Source: a virus
DNA length: 64,000 nucleotides
Strand: one strand, 5' to 3'
Virus record (IMG/VR): IMGVR_UViG_3300029826_000001
Span: 3,304 to 67,303 of that record
Position 1 is the stretch's first letter; every line of letters begins with the position of its first letter. The notes beneath the pieces are model-generated. The model worked only from the letters and a program-made list of their open reading frames with translations, was not told the origin of the DNA and did not search any database. Position numbers and translations under genes: made by a program. Of this stretch, positions 1 to 9,503 are shown in pieces.

Positions 1-102
1 ATTTATATTTGAATGGAATGTTAACTGGGTCAAGCTATCAAGAAGTAGCTTATGACCTCAGCATATATAGAAAGCTATTTGACTATGGTATTATTCTTGG
101 AT

Positions 103-489
103 TTATCGAGTAATCTCTTTGTATACTTTTAGTATCTGTTTAGCCATATTATCAGTTCTACCTCTTGGTGAAGCAAGCCTCTTATTTTTCTCTATGTAGT
201 CTATAAGTTCTTTCACATAAACGTTGTCCAGCTGTTTAACAGTGAGATTGTCAAGCCACTTGTATGTTTCACCTTTTATCTTTAGTGAATGCATGATGTG
301 TTGAGCCAAAGATATTCTCGATGCTCTAGGCATTGCACACTTGTTGTTTAGATATTGAGATATTTTGTTCTGAGTATGTCCAGATACCAAGTATGTATCT
401 TCTGATGATTGCATATCGTCTTTCATTTTTACTGCAAAGTGAAGAATTAATAGAATGTCTTTTTGCAGTATTAAATCAATGCTACCCAT
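103..489 (-). CDS. hypothetical protein, divergently transcribed; possible regulator
   Basis: 128-aa ORF with AAGG RBS and a minus-strand TGCTATAAT at 508-516; the only credible minus-strand CDS. Confidence 0.6.
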   Translation of the reverse strand: MGSIDLILQKDILLILHFAVKMKDDMQSSEDTYLVSGHTQNKISQYLNNKCAMPRASRISLAQHIMHSLKIKGETYKWLDNLTVKQLDNVYVKELIDYIEKNKRLASPRGRTDNMAKQILKVYKEITR

Positions 490-507
490 ATTAAACCTTT
501 TTTCATG

Positions 508-516
508 ATTATAGCA
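508..516 (-). promoter_or_regulatory. extended -10 promoter for 103..489
   Basis: attatagca reads TGCTATAAT on the minus strand, 18 nt before the ATG. Confidence 0.6.
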
Positions 517-559
517 GAAAGGTTAAAACAAGTCAATAATTGTTATGAATAAGTAAATA

Positions 560-631
560 TTAAGCCAATAATTACTATAATGCATTAAGCAAAAAACCAA
601 CAAAGGTTACAAAATATCAAAAGGACTAGAT
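560..631 (+). promoter_or_regulatory. early promoter/leader cassette P1
   Basis: TTAAGCCAATAATTACTATAAT ... AAAAAACCAAC ... AAGGACTAGAT-ATG. Confidence 0.85.
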
Positions 632-859
632 ATGACAAAAACAGAGCAATTAAAACAGCTTATCGAAAACAACGAAATGGATAAGGCACTTTCACTTGCT
701 AAGTCATTTAAGATTTGGGATAGAAAGGAGGATAAAGAGGTGGTTATATTGGCTCATGAGTGCAATGTTAACCCAGACTTTTACAGACAGATAGGAAAGG
801 ATGTTCCAGCTTGTATTGAGGCTGGAGTAAACACGCTGAAAAGAATTTACTTGGACTAG
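632..859 (+). CDS. hypothetical early protein
   Basis: ORF directly after P1 and its RBS. Confidence 0.75.
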   Translation: MTKTEQLKQLIENNEMDKALSLAKSFKIWDRKEDKEVVILAHECNVNPDFYRQIGKDVPACIEAGVNTLKRIYLD

Positions 860-869
860 GAGGTTTATT

Positions 870-1097
870 ATGATGAGTGTAAATTTTATTATGGACTACG
901 AAAGTGGTATCGCATCAGATGTTGATACGTTGAAAAATTTTGCAGAAGGAATCAAAGACGGTTCTGTGTGGGGTCTTCAGGGTCACTACGGAAGAACTGC
1001 AAAAGCAATGATTGATGATGGATGGATTGAGCGTAATGGTGAGCTTACTGAAAAGGCTCTTGAATTTATAGCAGATGAGGAGATTGATAGTGAATAA
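870..1097 (+). CDS. hypothetical phage protein
   Basis: AGGAGG RBS; W-x-LQG-x-YGR-x-A motif typical of a small phage protein family. Confidence 0.75.
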   Translation: MMSVNFIMDYESGIASDVDTLKNFAEGIKDGSVWGLQGHYGRTAKAMIDDGWIERNGELTEKALEFIADEEIDSE

Positions 1098-1572
1098 TAT
1101 ACCAGTAAAGATTAAGGTTGAGACGGGTGGGCTTATCCCAGAATATAAAACAGATGGAGCTGGTTGTTTCGACCTATTTTCTCCAGATGATTATGTTTGG
1201 GAGACAGTAGCAATCGGTGGAGGTTTGGTTAAGGCAACTTGCGTGATTGACCTAAAAGTGAAGTTCGAGGTTCCAGACGGGTATATCATGAATATCTACC
1301 CAAGAAGTGGTTGGGGGTTCAAGATGGACATTCAACTTGCAAATGGTACTGGTAAAATTGATTCAGACTACAGAGGAAATGTAGCGGTGAAACTCATCAC
1401 ATATATTGAGAGAGATAGGTTGCCAGATTTAAGAAGAGGTGTTGGAATTGCTCAGGCTGAAATCATGCCAGTGTATAGAGCAGAGTTTGAGGTTGTCGAT
1501 GATCTATCTGAGACAAATAGAGGTGAAGGAGGTTTTGGTTCCACTGGTCACCACAGAGAGCACAAGGAGTAA
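1090..1572 (+). CDS. dut: dUTPase (trimeric)
   Basis: Motifs AGCFDL, PRSG, GKIDSDYRG, IAQ, RGEGGFGSTG; GTG start after GAGGAG preferred. Confidence 0.95.
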   Translation: MNNIPVKIKVETGGLIPEYKTDGAGCFDLFSPDDYVWETVAIGGGLVKATCVIDLKVKFEVPDGYIMNIYPRSGWGFKMDIQLANGTGKIDSDYRGNVAVKLITYIERDRLPDLRRGVGIAQAEIMPVYRAEFEVVDDLSETNRGEGGFGSTGHHREHKE

Positions 1573-1586
1573 GAATAGGAGGTATT

Positions 1587-1913
1587 ATGACTGATGATGA
1601 AAAAAGAAAAAACCTATCCAAAAACATAGAATATCTAGCTGGACACTTTAGGTCTCATGCAATGCTATCAAGGCTGTTAAAATGTCCTCCTAAGTTTGTA
1701 AATAGGGCAGTAAATACACCAAATGAATTAAGTATTGCATCAACCGATTGTGCAAGTAAGTCTTTGTGTATATCAGAAGAAGTGCTTCTTGGGGATTTGA
1801 AAACATTCAAGAAGTCTGTAGCAAGATGGATAAAAGATAAAAAAAGGATGATAGATGATAGAAGAGAAAGTAGAACTAGAAGTAAAAGACCTAAAAGCTC
1901 CAGTGCTAGGTGA
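1587..1913 (+). CDS. hypothetical protein, possibly HTH-like
   Basis: AGGAGG RBS; basic and helical. Confidence 0.6.
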   Translation: MTDDEKRKNLSKNIEYLAGHFRSHAMLSRLLKCPPKFVNRAVNTPNELSIASTDCASKSLCISEEVLLGDLKTFKKSVARWIKDKKRMIDDRRESRTRSKRPKSSSAR

Positions 1914-2919
1914 CATTCACTACCCAGTAACAGTTGTTGATATTGATGCACTTATAGATAAGTTCAAGAATATAAAAAATATTGACCTTGAAGATGAAAA
2001 TGTGAAAGAACACTATGCTCTGATAAGAGATGGTCAAAGACAATTCCAGAAAGCAAGGACGGCTATCGAGACAGCTAGAAAAGAGTTCAAAGCTCCAGCT
2101 ATTGCTTATGGCAAAAAAGTTGATGAGGTTGCAAAATCTCTTCAGGAAAAGATTGCTCCATATGAACAGTTCTTTGTAGAGCAGAGGAAGATTTATGATG
2201 ACCATGAAGCGAAGCTTAAAAAAGAAGCTGAAGAGGCAGAACGTAAGCGTATTGAGAAAATCAACAATAAGATTGATTTCATAAGAAACCTACCTCTTAC
2301 ACTTATTGATAAGTCGTCTGATGACATAAGGACATCTCTAAGTGATTTAAGAGCTGAGGACATAAACGATGAAACATACGAGGAGTTCACAGACATAGCA
2401 AAGCAAGTTCACGAGGTTACTTGTCTTACTCTTCAGAATATGGTTGATTCAAAAGCTGAAATCGAGCGTATAGAGAACCAAAGAAAAGAAGAGCTGAGAA
2501 TACAGCAGGAAGAAAAAGAGAAGCTAAGAAAAGAAGCTGAAGAAGCAAGAAAAGCTCAAGAAGAGGCTGAAAGAAAACTAAAAGAACAAGCTGATGCAAT
2601 CAGGGCTAAAGAAGAAGCAGAAGCAAAAGCAAAAGATGATAAAGAGATAAGAGTAAAAAGAGAAGAAGAAGAGGCGAGAATTGAAAGAGAAAAGAAAGAA
2701 CAAGAGCAAAAAGAAAGAGATGAAGCAGAAGCAAGAAAAGCTCAAGAAGAGGCAAGAATCAAAGCTGAGTATGAAGCTAAGTCCGAGTCAATCAAGGAAG
2801 CTAGAAGAGAGTCAATCGAAGGCATTGCAACCATTTCTGGTCTAAGTAAAGTAAAAGCAAGAATGATTGTTGAGGCAATAGAGCAAGGTGAAGTTCCTCA
2901 CATCAAATTCGAGCTATAA
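1855..2919 (+). CDS. coiled-coil phage protein (DUF1351-like)
   Basis: ARTAIETARKEFKAP motif and long E/K/R/A heptad stretch. Confidence 0.6.
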   Translation: MIEEKVELEVKDLKAPVLGDIHYPVTVVDIDALIDKFKNIKNIDLEDENVKEHYALIRDGQRQFQKARTAIETARKEFKAPAIAYGKKVDEVAKSLQEKIAPYEQFFVEQRKIYDDHEAKLKKEAEEAERKRIEKINNKIDFIRNLPLTLIDKSSDDIRTSLSDLRAEDINDETYEEFTDIAKQVHEVTCLTLQNMVDSKAEIERIENQRKEELRIQQEEKEKLRKEAEEARKAQEEAERKLKEQADAIRAKEEAEAKAKDDKEIRVKREEEEARIEREKKEQEQKERDEAEARKAQEEARIKAEYEAKSESIKEARRESIEGIATISGLSKVKARMIVEAIEQGEVPHIKFEL

Positions 2920-2934
2920 GTAGAAGCCCTAATA

Positions 2935-2945
2935 TGTGCTATAAT
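2935..2945 (+). promoter_or_regulatory. putative structural-operon promoter
   Basis: TGTGCTATAAT upstream of the portal; related sites at 5455-5464, about 18574-18584 and 24091-24101. Confidence 0.55.
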
Positions 2946-2962
2946 GGTTTGAATAAAAATCA

Positions 2963-5431
2963 TTGGAGCACATTTTGGCAGAGATTAAAGACAAGAATCC
3001 CTCCACAGAGGAGTTAACACCGAACTCAACATTCGCTGGTGTCGTTGGTAGCTTACCTAATCCAGATGTAATCCTAAGAAAAGCTGGTATCTCAACCACT
3101 GTATATGATGAGATGCTTTTCGACCCTCAAATTTTCTCAGCATACCAAAAACGTAAAAGAAAAATCCAAAGACTAAAGTATATCGTTGAAGGTGAAGACA
3201 AGGAGATTGTAGATTTCGTTGTTGAAACAATAGATTATCTCAATATGAAAAACCTTATTGTTGGTATGGTTCGTGCAATACCTCATGGATTTTCAGTTGC
3301 AGAGATTATGTGGGAAAATTATGAAGGTAAATGGATTCCAGTAGAACTGAAAAATAGAAGTAACCAGAAGTTTGAGTTTAATGAGCTATCACAACTTACA
3401 TATGAGTCTCAAGAAGGAATGGTTGTTGCACCGTATGGCAAATTTGTTCTTCATAGGAACGATTATGATGATGCTGGGAATCCGTATGGAACATCACTTA
3501 ATTCAAGATGCTACTGGTATTGGAGATTCAAGAAGCATGGATGGAAGGTATGGGGATTATACCTAGAGAAGTATGGAGACCCAGCACTTGTTTTGAAGTC
3601 AGAAGAAACAGATGAGGAGAAAATAAAAGAATTGCTTGTAAAGCTTGATAGCGTGTCAAGTGGTTCAAATATGGTTATAGGTTCACAAGAAAGTGTAGAT
3701 GCAATCAGTATACCGAATGCTGGCTCAATTGGATATGCAGATTATACAAAAGAAGCTGATAAGCAGATAGCAAAAATATATCTCGGTTCATCTCTTCTTA
3801 TGGATGAGACATCAACTGGAACATATGCTACATCGGTTGAGCATGGAAACGACCTAGATGACATTATCATATCAGATGCAACTTCCATTGCTGAGTCAAT
3901 AAGAGATTATCTTTTGAAGCCTATGATTTACTTCAACTATGGAGAAGATAGAGAAGTTCCTTTTATTAAGTTCTATAGTGATGCTGAGATGCAAGAGCAA
4001 GAGACTCAAGGTGGAACAGAGGAAGAGGTTGAAAAAGAAGAAGAGGTAAAAAAAGAAGAAGAAAAGACGGAAGCATCTTCAAAAAATATCTCAGAGAATT
4101 TTTTTTTTGACGATTTGACTGTAGAACAGTTTGCGGAACTTCCAGTTTATAAGCAAACACTTGAGAAATTAAGCTCTAATCTCGAAATAAAACAAATACC
4201 TATCTTCGATGAGATAAAAGCATTTAAAAGCTATTCTAAAGACCCACAAACGGCATTTTTCCAGCTACAAAACTTTTACAGTGATACCCTAGATAAAATC
4301 CATGAGAATCTTGGGTACGCAATGTTCTTTGTAAAGATGTATGCAAAACTAAACTCTCCTACCTACAAAGCAAGCTTTATTAGTGGAGTCAAGGATATAT
4401 TTGCAACAAGCAAAATAGAGGACGCTATAATACAGCCATATGAAGAAGTGAGAAAACTCTTCAAGTCTAAAATAGTGCTTACAGATGAAGAATATCTATT
4501 GCTTGTAAATGAAGCTAAAAATGATGCGTTTTCAATATCTGGGTACAAATCAAAACAAGTTCTAAATGCATTGAAAGATATGCTTGAGCAAATGATTATT
4601 GATGGAGAAGGTGAGGCAGTATGGAAAAAGAAAGCAAGTGAACTTCTTGATTCTTATGGTATGTCTACAACAAAAGCACATCTTGGTAACGTATACAGAA
4701 CAAACCTATACAGTGAATATGCAAAAGCTGGGTACAAAGAGTACGAAAAAGTAAAAGATGAGTTCCCAGCATTGATGTATGATGCTATAGGTGATGCAAG
4801 AACAAGACCAACACACCTAGCACTTGATGGAAAGATATTCTGGGCTAACGACCCTATATGGGATACAATTTACCCACCGAATGGATACAACTGTAGATGT
4901 TCTGTGATTCCAATGTCTCAAAAGAAACTGAGTGGTGTAGAAGTTCAGAATGGAGCAGATTACACTGGAGAAAAGTATGCTCCAGATGATGGATGGGATT
5001 ATCATAGTGGTAGAGACTATAAGCCAGAGCCTAAAGTTATTTACGATAAAGACGCAAACAACACTATGACCTATTCAGAGTTCGGTCTTCCAGATAATCT
5101 TGAACCAGTAAAAAAGTCTTCATTCTCGTCAGTAGATGATGTTGCTGGAGATGTTCTTGGTGGAGACGTAAAGATTGATAGTGATGTTGAAGATATTGAT
5201 GTCATTAGAAATATTCTATCTAAACCGCAAGAGGTGTGGATTTACTCAATGTATAGCAAGTCAAAAAATTTAGTACACAAAGTAAACTATGTAAAAAGCT
5301 TCATTGATGGTGACACGATAGAGTCATTCACAGTATCTGTCGATAGTAGAGGAAACTTTATTTCTTTGAGCAAAATGAGTAAAAAAGACAGAAGCGGATT
5401 CCCTATCTATGTAAACGAGTTTGAATCATAG
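2963..5431 (+). CDS. portal protein (Mu gp29/DUF935-like) fused to a MuF (gp30/SPP1 gp7-like) minor head domain and a PBECR2-like C-terminus
   Basis: N-term YDEM..DPQI, HGFSVAEIMW, NPYG, W..YLEKYGDP; MuF motif RTN...D.RTRPTH.ALDG...W....PPNGYNCRC; C-term ILSKPQEVW...YVKSF; acidic linker. Confidence 0.9.
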   Translation: MEHILAEIKDKNPSTEELTPNSTFAGVVGSLPNPDVILRKAGISTTVYDEMLFDPQIFSAYQKRKRKIQRLKYIVEGEDKEIVDFVVETIDYLNMKNLIVGMVRAIPHGFSVAEIMWENYEGKWIPVELKNRSNQKFEFNELSQLTYESQEGMVVAPYGKFVLHRNDYDDAGNPYGTSLNSRCYWYWRFKKHGWKVWGLYLEKYGDPALVLKSEETDEEKIKELLVKLDSVSSGSNMVIGSQESVDAISIPNAGSIGYADYTKEADKQIAKIYLGSSLLMDETSTGTYATSVEHGNDLDDIIISDATSIAESIRDYLLKPMIYFNYGEDREVPFIKFYSDAEMQEQETQGGTEEEVEKEEEVKKEEEKTEASSKNISENFFFDDLTVEQFAELPVYKQTLEKLSSNLEIKQIPIFDEIKAFKSYSKDPQTAFFQLQNFYSDTLDKIHENLGYAMFFVKMYAKLNSPTYKASFISGVKDIFATSKIEDAIIQPYEEVRKLFKSKIVLTDEEYLLLVNEAKNDAFSISGYKSKQVLNALKDMLEQMIIDGEGEAVWKKKASELLDSYGMSTTKAHLGNVYRTNLYSEYAKAGYKEYEKVKDEFPALMYDAIGDARTRPTHLALDGKIFWANDPIWDTIYPPNGYNCRCSVIPMSQKKLSGVEVQNGADYTGEKYAPDDGWDYHSGRDYKPEPKVIYDKDANNTMTYSEFGLPDNLEPVKKSSFSSVDDVAGDVLGGDVKIDSDVEDIDVIRNILSKPQEVWIYSMYSKSKNLVHKVNYVKSFIDGDTIESFTVSVDSRGNFISLSKMSKKDRSGFPIYVNEFES

Positions 5432-5494
5432 ATGCAGTAAAAAGTTATAAGTTTTGTGTATAATACAAATTATTGGCTTGAAAAAGGAGTAAGC

Positions 5495-5911
5495 ATGAAG
5501 AACAAAGAGAATGAATTAAGTCCAGCATTTTTTGAAGGTATGCTAAACGATGTAGGAAAGGCACTGGAAAGGTTAGATAATTTAGATGGTGTTGACCTGA
5601 AGACACTTGGGTATCAGGAGGGTAAAGCGTTTATAGCGTATCAGATTTACAGACAGAGAATCCATAACCCTAAACTCCTTGAGATTGCAACAAGAAGACT
5701 AAAGAAGTGTAAAGAAATATACCAAAAGTGGGAGGTTTCTGTAGAAGATTGTAATGAAGATGTTGACAATGAAGATGTTCTAACGCTTGAAAAAATTGAT
5801 AAAATGAAAAAGCCAGAACTTATCGCTATGTTGAGTCAGCTTAAAATTGATGGTGTTGAAGAAAAGGTTGAGCCAATGAAAGAGGCTCTTAGACAAATTG
5901 TAAATAAATAG
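5495..5911 (+). CDS. hypothetical protein with C-terminal helix-extension-helix-like motif
   Basis: AAGGAG RBS before ATG 5495; LEKIDKMKKPELIAML. Confidence 0.65.
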   Translation: MKNKENELSPAFFEGMLNDVGKALERLDNLDGVDLKTLGYQEGKAFIAYQIYRQRIHNPKLLEIATRRLKKCKEIYQKWEVSVEDCNEDVDNEDVLTLEKIDKMKKPELIAMLSQLKIDGVEEKVEPMKEALRQIVNK

Positions 5912-5919
5912 GAGAGAAT

Positions 5920-6876
5920 ATGAAAACAGCAAAGATTCAAATTTTCAAAGCTGGTGTCTATGGAAACTCTGAGAGTAGGGTTTGGAGCAGAGAAGAATGT
6001 CAACAACTTGTAGATAACTATGATGTTGCTTTCAGGTCTGCTCCGATTATTCTTGGTCATAATGACTGGAATGGAGAAAAGCCAGCATATGGATATGCAC
6101 AGACTCTTGGTATTGACGATAATGGTGTTGTTTTTGCAAACATAGAATACAATGATGCTCTCGGTGAAATGGTTGAGCAAAAAATGTATACTAGGGTTAG
6201 CATTGAGGCAACAAAAAAGATTGAGCTTTATGATAGAGTAGATGGTAGGTCTGGAGCATACTGTTTGGCTATCGCACTACTTGGTGGTACACAACCAGCA
6301 GTATCTGGTCTTGAGCCAGTTCATTTTAGTGCAGAGGACGGTGAACACGCTTTCTCTCTTGAAAATGAGATTGAAGTATTTGATGTTAAAGAACAAGAAG
6401 ATGCTGGTTCTGATGATGAGGAAGGTGTTGAAAATGATGTTGACACACCAGACGTAACTTCTGATAAAATTGTAGATGAAGTAGATAGTGATGAGTCTAC
6501 AGAAACACAAAAAGAGGAGTATACAGTGAAAACAGCAGAAGAGCTTAAAGCTGAACAAGAGGCACTAAAAGCTGATAGAGAAGCTTTTAAGGCTGAACAA
6601 GACGCTTTCAAACTTGAGCAGAGAAAAGGTGCTGTTGCAAAGTTCATGAATGACAATGCAAAGAGAATCGTTCCAGCCCAAAAAGAAAACATTGAGTCGT
6701 TCATGACTAGCCTTGATGATGAAAAACTTGAGAAGTTCCAAGAAATCATCTCTGCCTTCCCAGAAAACGAAATTTTCAAAAATATGGAAGACGGTCAAAA
6801 TGAACAAAAGCACATTGATACTGATGAGAAGTTTGCACAACAAGCTCTCGATGACATCAAAGCTACAAAAAAGTAA
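5920..6876 (+). CDS. Mu-like prohead protease/scaffold
   Basis: IFKAG, APIILGH, PAYG, Y..VS.E, ALLG..QPAVSGL; coiled-coil C-terminus; position after the portal. Confidence 0.85.
   Translation: MKTAKIQIFKAGVYGNSESRVWSREECQQLVDNYDVAFRSAPIILGHNDWNGEKPAYGYAQTLGIDDNGVVFANIEYNDALGEMVEQKMYTRVSIEATKKIELYDRVDGRSGAYCLAIALLGGTQPAVSGLEPVHFSAEDGEHAFSLENEIEVFDVKEQEDAGSDDEEGVENDVDTPDVTSDKIVDEVDSDESTETQKEEYTVKTAEELKAEQEALKADREAFKAEQDAFKLEQRKGAVAKFMNDNAKRIVPAQKENIESFMTSLDDEKLEKFQEIISAFPENEIFKNMEDGQNEQKHIDTDEKFAQQALDDIKATKK
6526..6876 (+). CDS. scaffold protein from an in-frame internal start (Mu gpZ-like)
   Basis: GAGGAG RBS at 6514-6519 and in-frame GTG at 6526, at the start of the coiled-coil. Confidence 0.6.
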   Translation: MKTAEELKAEQEALKADREAFKAEQDAFKLEQRKGAVAKFMNDNAKRIVPAQKENIESFMTSLDDEKLEKFQEIISAFPENEIFKNMEDGQNEQKHIDTDEKFAQQALDDIKATKK

Positions 6877-6887
6877 GGAGATAAAAG

Positions 6888-7238
6888 ATGGCAACTACTG
6901 AAACTATCGGTAATCCGTTGGCTAACTTGTTCACAAGTGACAAGTATGATGTAAGACCTTCTGTTTTCACTGGTGATGCTAGTGGATATGAGCATGGAGA
7001 AATTGTTACTTTCGATGAAACTACAAATACCTATGCAAAATGTGTACTTGGTACAGACCAAGCAGACGGTGTTGTTTATGACGAGGTTGAAGCAGATGGA
7101 ACAGTTGGACTTGTTGTTACTTCTGGTGGTGTGAGAGCGTCACTTCTGGTCGGGTACTCAGCACTTGCTACTGATGCACTTAAAGGTGCGGTAAGAGGCG
7201 ACTTGCTTAACAAAAACATCTATGTGGAGGATTTGTAA
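6888..7238 (+). CDS. head decoration protein (lambda gpD-like)
   Basis: 116 aa, beta-rich, between scaffold and major capsid. Confidence 0.7.
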   Translation: MATTETIGNPLANLFTSDKYDVRPSVFTGDASGYEHGEIVTFDETTNTYAKCVLGTDQADGVVYDEVEADGTVGLVVTSGGVRASLLVGYSALATDALKGAVRGDLLNKNIYVEDL

Positions 7239-7239
7239 G

Positions 7240-8241
7240 ATGGCAACTATTGATTTTCTAAGCCCAGCATATCTTGAAACGATTGCTAAAGAGGCAGACA
7301 GTATGAAGAAATACGAGACTCCGATTCTCAATATGTTCTTCAAGAGACAAGTATCGGCTCCAAATGGATTCGTAAAGGTTCCAAAAGAAGTTTTCAACTA
7401 TGATGACATCCTTCCGTTGATTCAAAGAGGTGGAGCGATTCAGGCATCAGCACTTAATACTTCAAGAGAGTATACAACTTACGAGTTGAAGTCGTTTGGT
7501 GATATGAAGGTTCTGTCTCCTAGAGATATCAAAGACCTTGTTGTTCAGCTTGAGAACTTGACTGGTACTACTTACCAAGCCAAGAAGGTAGAGTTGGCGA
7601 ACCAAATCGTTGGTGAGTTCAATGAGAAGGTTAACGCAACAAGAGAGTATATGGCTGGTTCAGCTATTCTTGGTACAATCAAAGACAAAGATGGTAACAC
7701 TATCGAGACATTTGATATTCCAGTTGCAAACCAACTAGGTTCACAGACTGTTTCTGATGGTACTGTAAAAGTGTATCAGCTTATGAGGATGATGACAAAG
7801 CAAATGAGAAAAGCTACCAAATACAAAGGTGGTGTTGGTATTCTTATCGGTGAGGATGCTTTCGAGACTATCCAAGATACAGCAGAGTTCCAGAACTGGG
7901 CTACTAACGTTGCCAACAACTTGTCTGCTGAAGATATGGCAGAAGGTATCGAAGGGTTCATGGGTAACAAGCGTTATCCGTTTATCGTTGCAGATGACTT
8001 CTACTATAGTGACGGTACTCAGACTCAGTTCTTTGATGCTGACACTATCGTTGTTGCACCAGTTGATGCATTTGCTGAGTTCTATGCAACTATCGAAACA
8101 AACGATGGTTCATTCTCAAAAATCAAGCACGTTGACTCATGGGAAGAAAAAAACCCAGACGGTACAGCATACAGACTACAGTGTAGTGCAATGCCAATCG
8201 TTACTTTGCCTAACGCAATCGTAACAGCTACAATCGCATAA
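7240..8241 (+). CDS. major capsid protein (gpE-like)
   Basis: Size and position; TREYMA...LG and NPDG....LQ..AMP...PNAI; ATG 7240 after GGAGG. Confidence 0.85.
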   Translation: MATIDFLSPAYLETIAKEADSMKKYETPILNMFFKRQVSAPNGFVKVPKEVFNYDDILPLIQRGGAIQASALNTSREYTTYELKSFGDMKVLSPRDIKDLVVQLENLTGTTYQAKKVELANQIVGEFNEKVNATREYMAGSAILGTIKDKDGNTIETFDIPVANQLGSQTVSDGTVKVYQLMRMMTKQMRKATKYKGGVGILIGEDAFETIQDTAEFQNWATNVANNLSAEDMAEGIEGFMGNKRYPFIVADDFYYSDGTQTQFFDADTIVVAPVDAFAEFYATIETNDGSFSKIKHVDSWEEKNPDGTAYRLQCSAMPIVTLPNAIVTATIA

Positions 8242-8251
8242 GGTTGTAGCA

Positions 8252-8653
8252 ATGGCTATTGCAGTTAGTGATATTGAATCGTACTGGAAAAGTTCAGAAC
8301 TAAACTCTATCGCTGACTACAATGAGGACGGTAAGTTCGATAAAGATACCGTCCAGTCTGCAATCACGGATGCATACAGCGAACTAAAAATCCTAGATGG
8401 ATACTATGCTACTGAGACTATAGATTTATTCGCAAAGCGACTTACAATTTGCATACTGCTATCAAGAATGAATGTTAATCCAGAAGCGGTTGTTTTGCCA
8501 ATGAATGATTGCCTTGTAGTTAGAGAGAAGATTGATGCTGTGATGAAGATTATCCAGAAAAACAAAGCTGAGGTTGATAACAGAAAGGTGTCAAGTGGGG
8601 TATCTGTGTCTGAGGGTATGACAGATTTTTCGGACATCATAGTTGATTTCTAG
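8252..8653 (+). CDS. head-tail adaptor (Mu gp36-like)
   Basis: Position after the capsid gene; AITDA.SE motif. Confidence 0.65.
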   Translation: MAIAVSDIESYWKSSELNSIADYNEDGKFDKDTVQSAITDAYSELKILDGYYATETIDLFAKRLTICILLSRMNVNPEAVVLPMNDCLVVREKIDAVMKIIQKNKAEVDNRKVSSGVSVSEGMTDFSDIIVDF

Positions 8654-8662
8654 GAGGTTACT

Positions 8663-9088
8663 ATGGAAGTTAATATCAATGGCATAAAGGCACTTGAAAA
8701 GCTTGATGATAACCTAAAGAAAGTAAGTAAAAACACAATGAGCAAAGTAGGTCAGGTCGTAGAGACAGATATCCTACTTGGGTTCAAAAATGAGACAGAC
8801 CCATCTGGTAAAAAATGGGCTGGACTAAAGCCATCCACAATAAAATCAAGACTAAGAAAAGGTGTCGGTGAGATAAAGATTCTTCAAGATACTGGGAATC
8901 TAAAAAAATCTTTAAATAGGAAAGCCAGCGAAGGTTCAGTAACTATTGGATTTGGAGCAAAATATTCTGTTTTCCATCAACTCGGAACTGGTGATATGGA
9001 AGCAAGAAAGATACTTCCAACAGAGCCAGAAGAGATTGACATGGAAGAGATAGAGAGAATCATATTGGGAGACATTAAGGATGTATAG
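8663..9088 (+). CDS. virion morphogenesis protein (Mu gpG-like)
   Basis: F....DPSG.KW..LKPST...R, ILQDTG.L..S, YS.FHQLG, ARKIL. Confidence 0.85.
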   Translation: MEVNINGIKALEKLDDNLKKVSKNTMSKVGQVVETDILLGFKNETDPSGKKWAGLKPSTIKSRLRKGVGEIKILQDTGNLKKSLNRKASEGSVTIGFGAKYSVFHQLGTGDMEARKILPTEPEEIDMEEIERIILGDIKDV

Positions 9089-9503
9089 CACAATAACACT
9101 ACAGAATATGTTTGTTGACTTCTTGAATGAAGCAAACATACAAGTTAAACCACTAGAAACAAAAGAACAGCTATCTATGACCGTATCAAGCCCTACAATC
9201 TACATTCAGTTTATAGGCAATACCTACCCCTTAAACAGTGCTCCAAACTATTTTAACGCTAATTTCAAGATATATATACTTAACAAAACTCTATCCGAGA
9301 AAAAGAAGTCTGAACTTCTTACAATCCTAGATACAATAAGACAACATTTGGTTGGTGCGAGAGTTGATTACGAGAAGTATGTAACGAAAGAGAATCCAGT
9401 TATAATTAAAAATGAAACTTTTCATGAAACAAAGAGTTCGGTGTTTGCATACACTTTTGATTTTTCTGTAAAGGTAGGAGTATCGAATGTACACAACAAA
9501 TAG
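9081..9503 (+). CDS. tail terminator-like protein (Mu gp37-like)
   Basis: Position and size. Confidence 0.55.
   Translation: MYSTITLQNMFVDFLNEANIQVKPLETKEQLSMTVSSPTIYIQFIGNTYPLNSAPNYFNANFKIYILNKTLSEKKKSELLTILDTIRQHLVGARVDYEKYVTKENPVIIKNETFHETKSSVFAYTFDFSVKVGVSNVHNK

Noticed and set aside
2480-2800. GAAGCAAGAAAAGCTCAAGAAGAGGC direct repeats
   Set aside because: Explained by low-complexity EARKAQEEA coiled-coil coding
2963-9503. Transposable Mu-like prophage
   Set aside because: Only the head and neck genes are Mu-like; no MuA/MuB transposase or host flanks, and an initiator plus PBSX terminase are present
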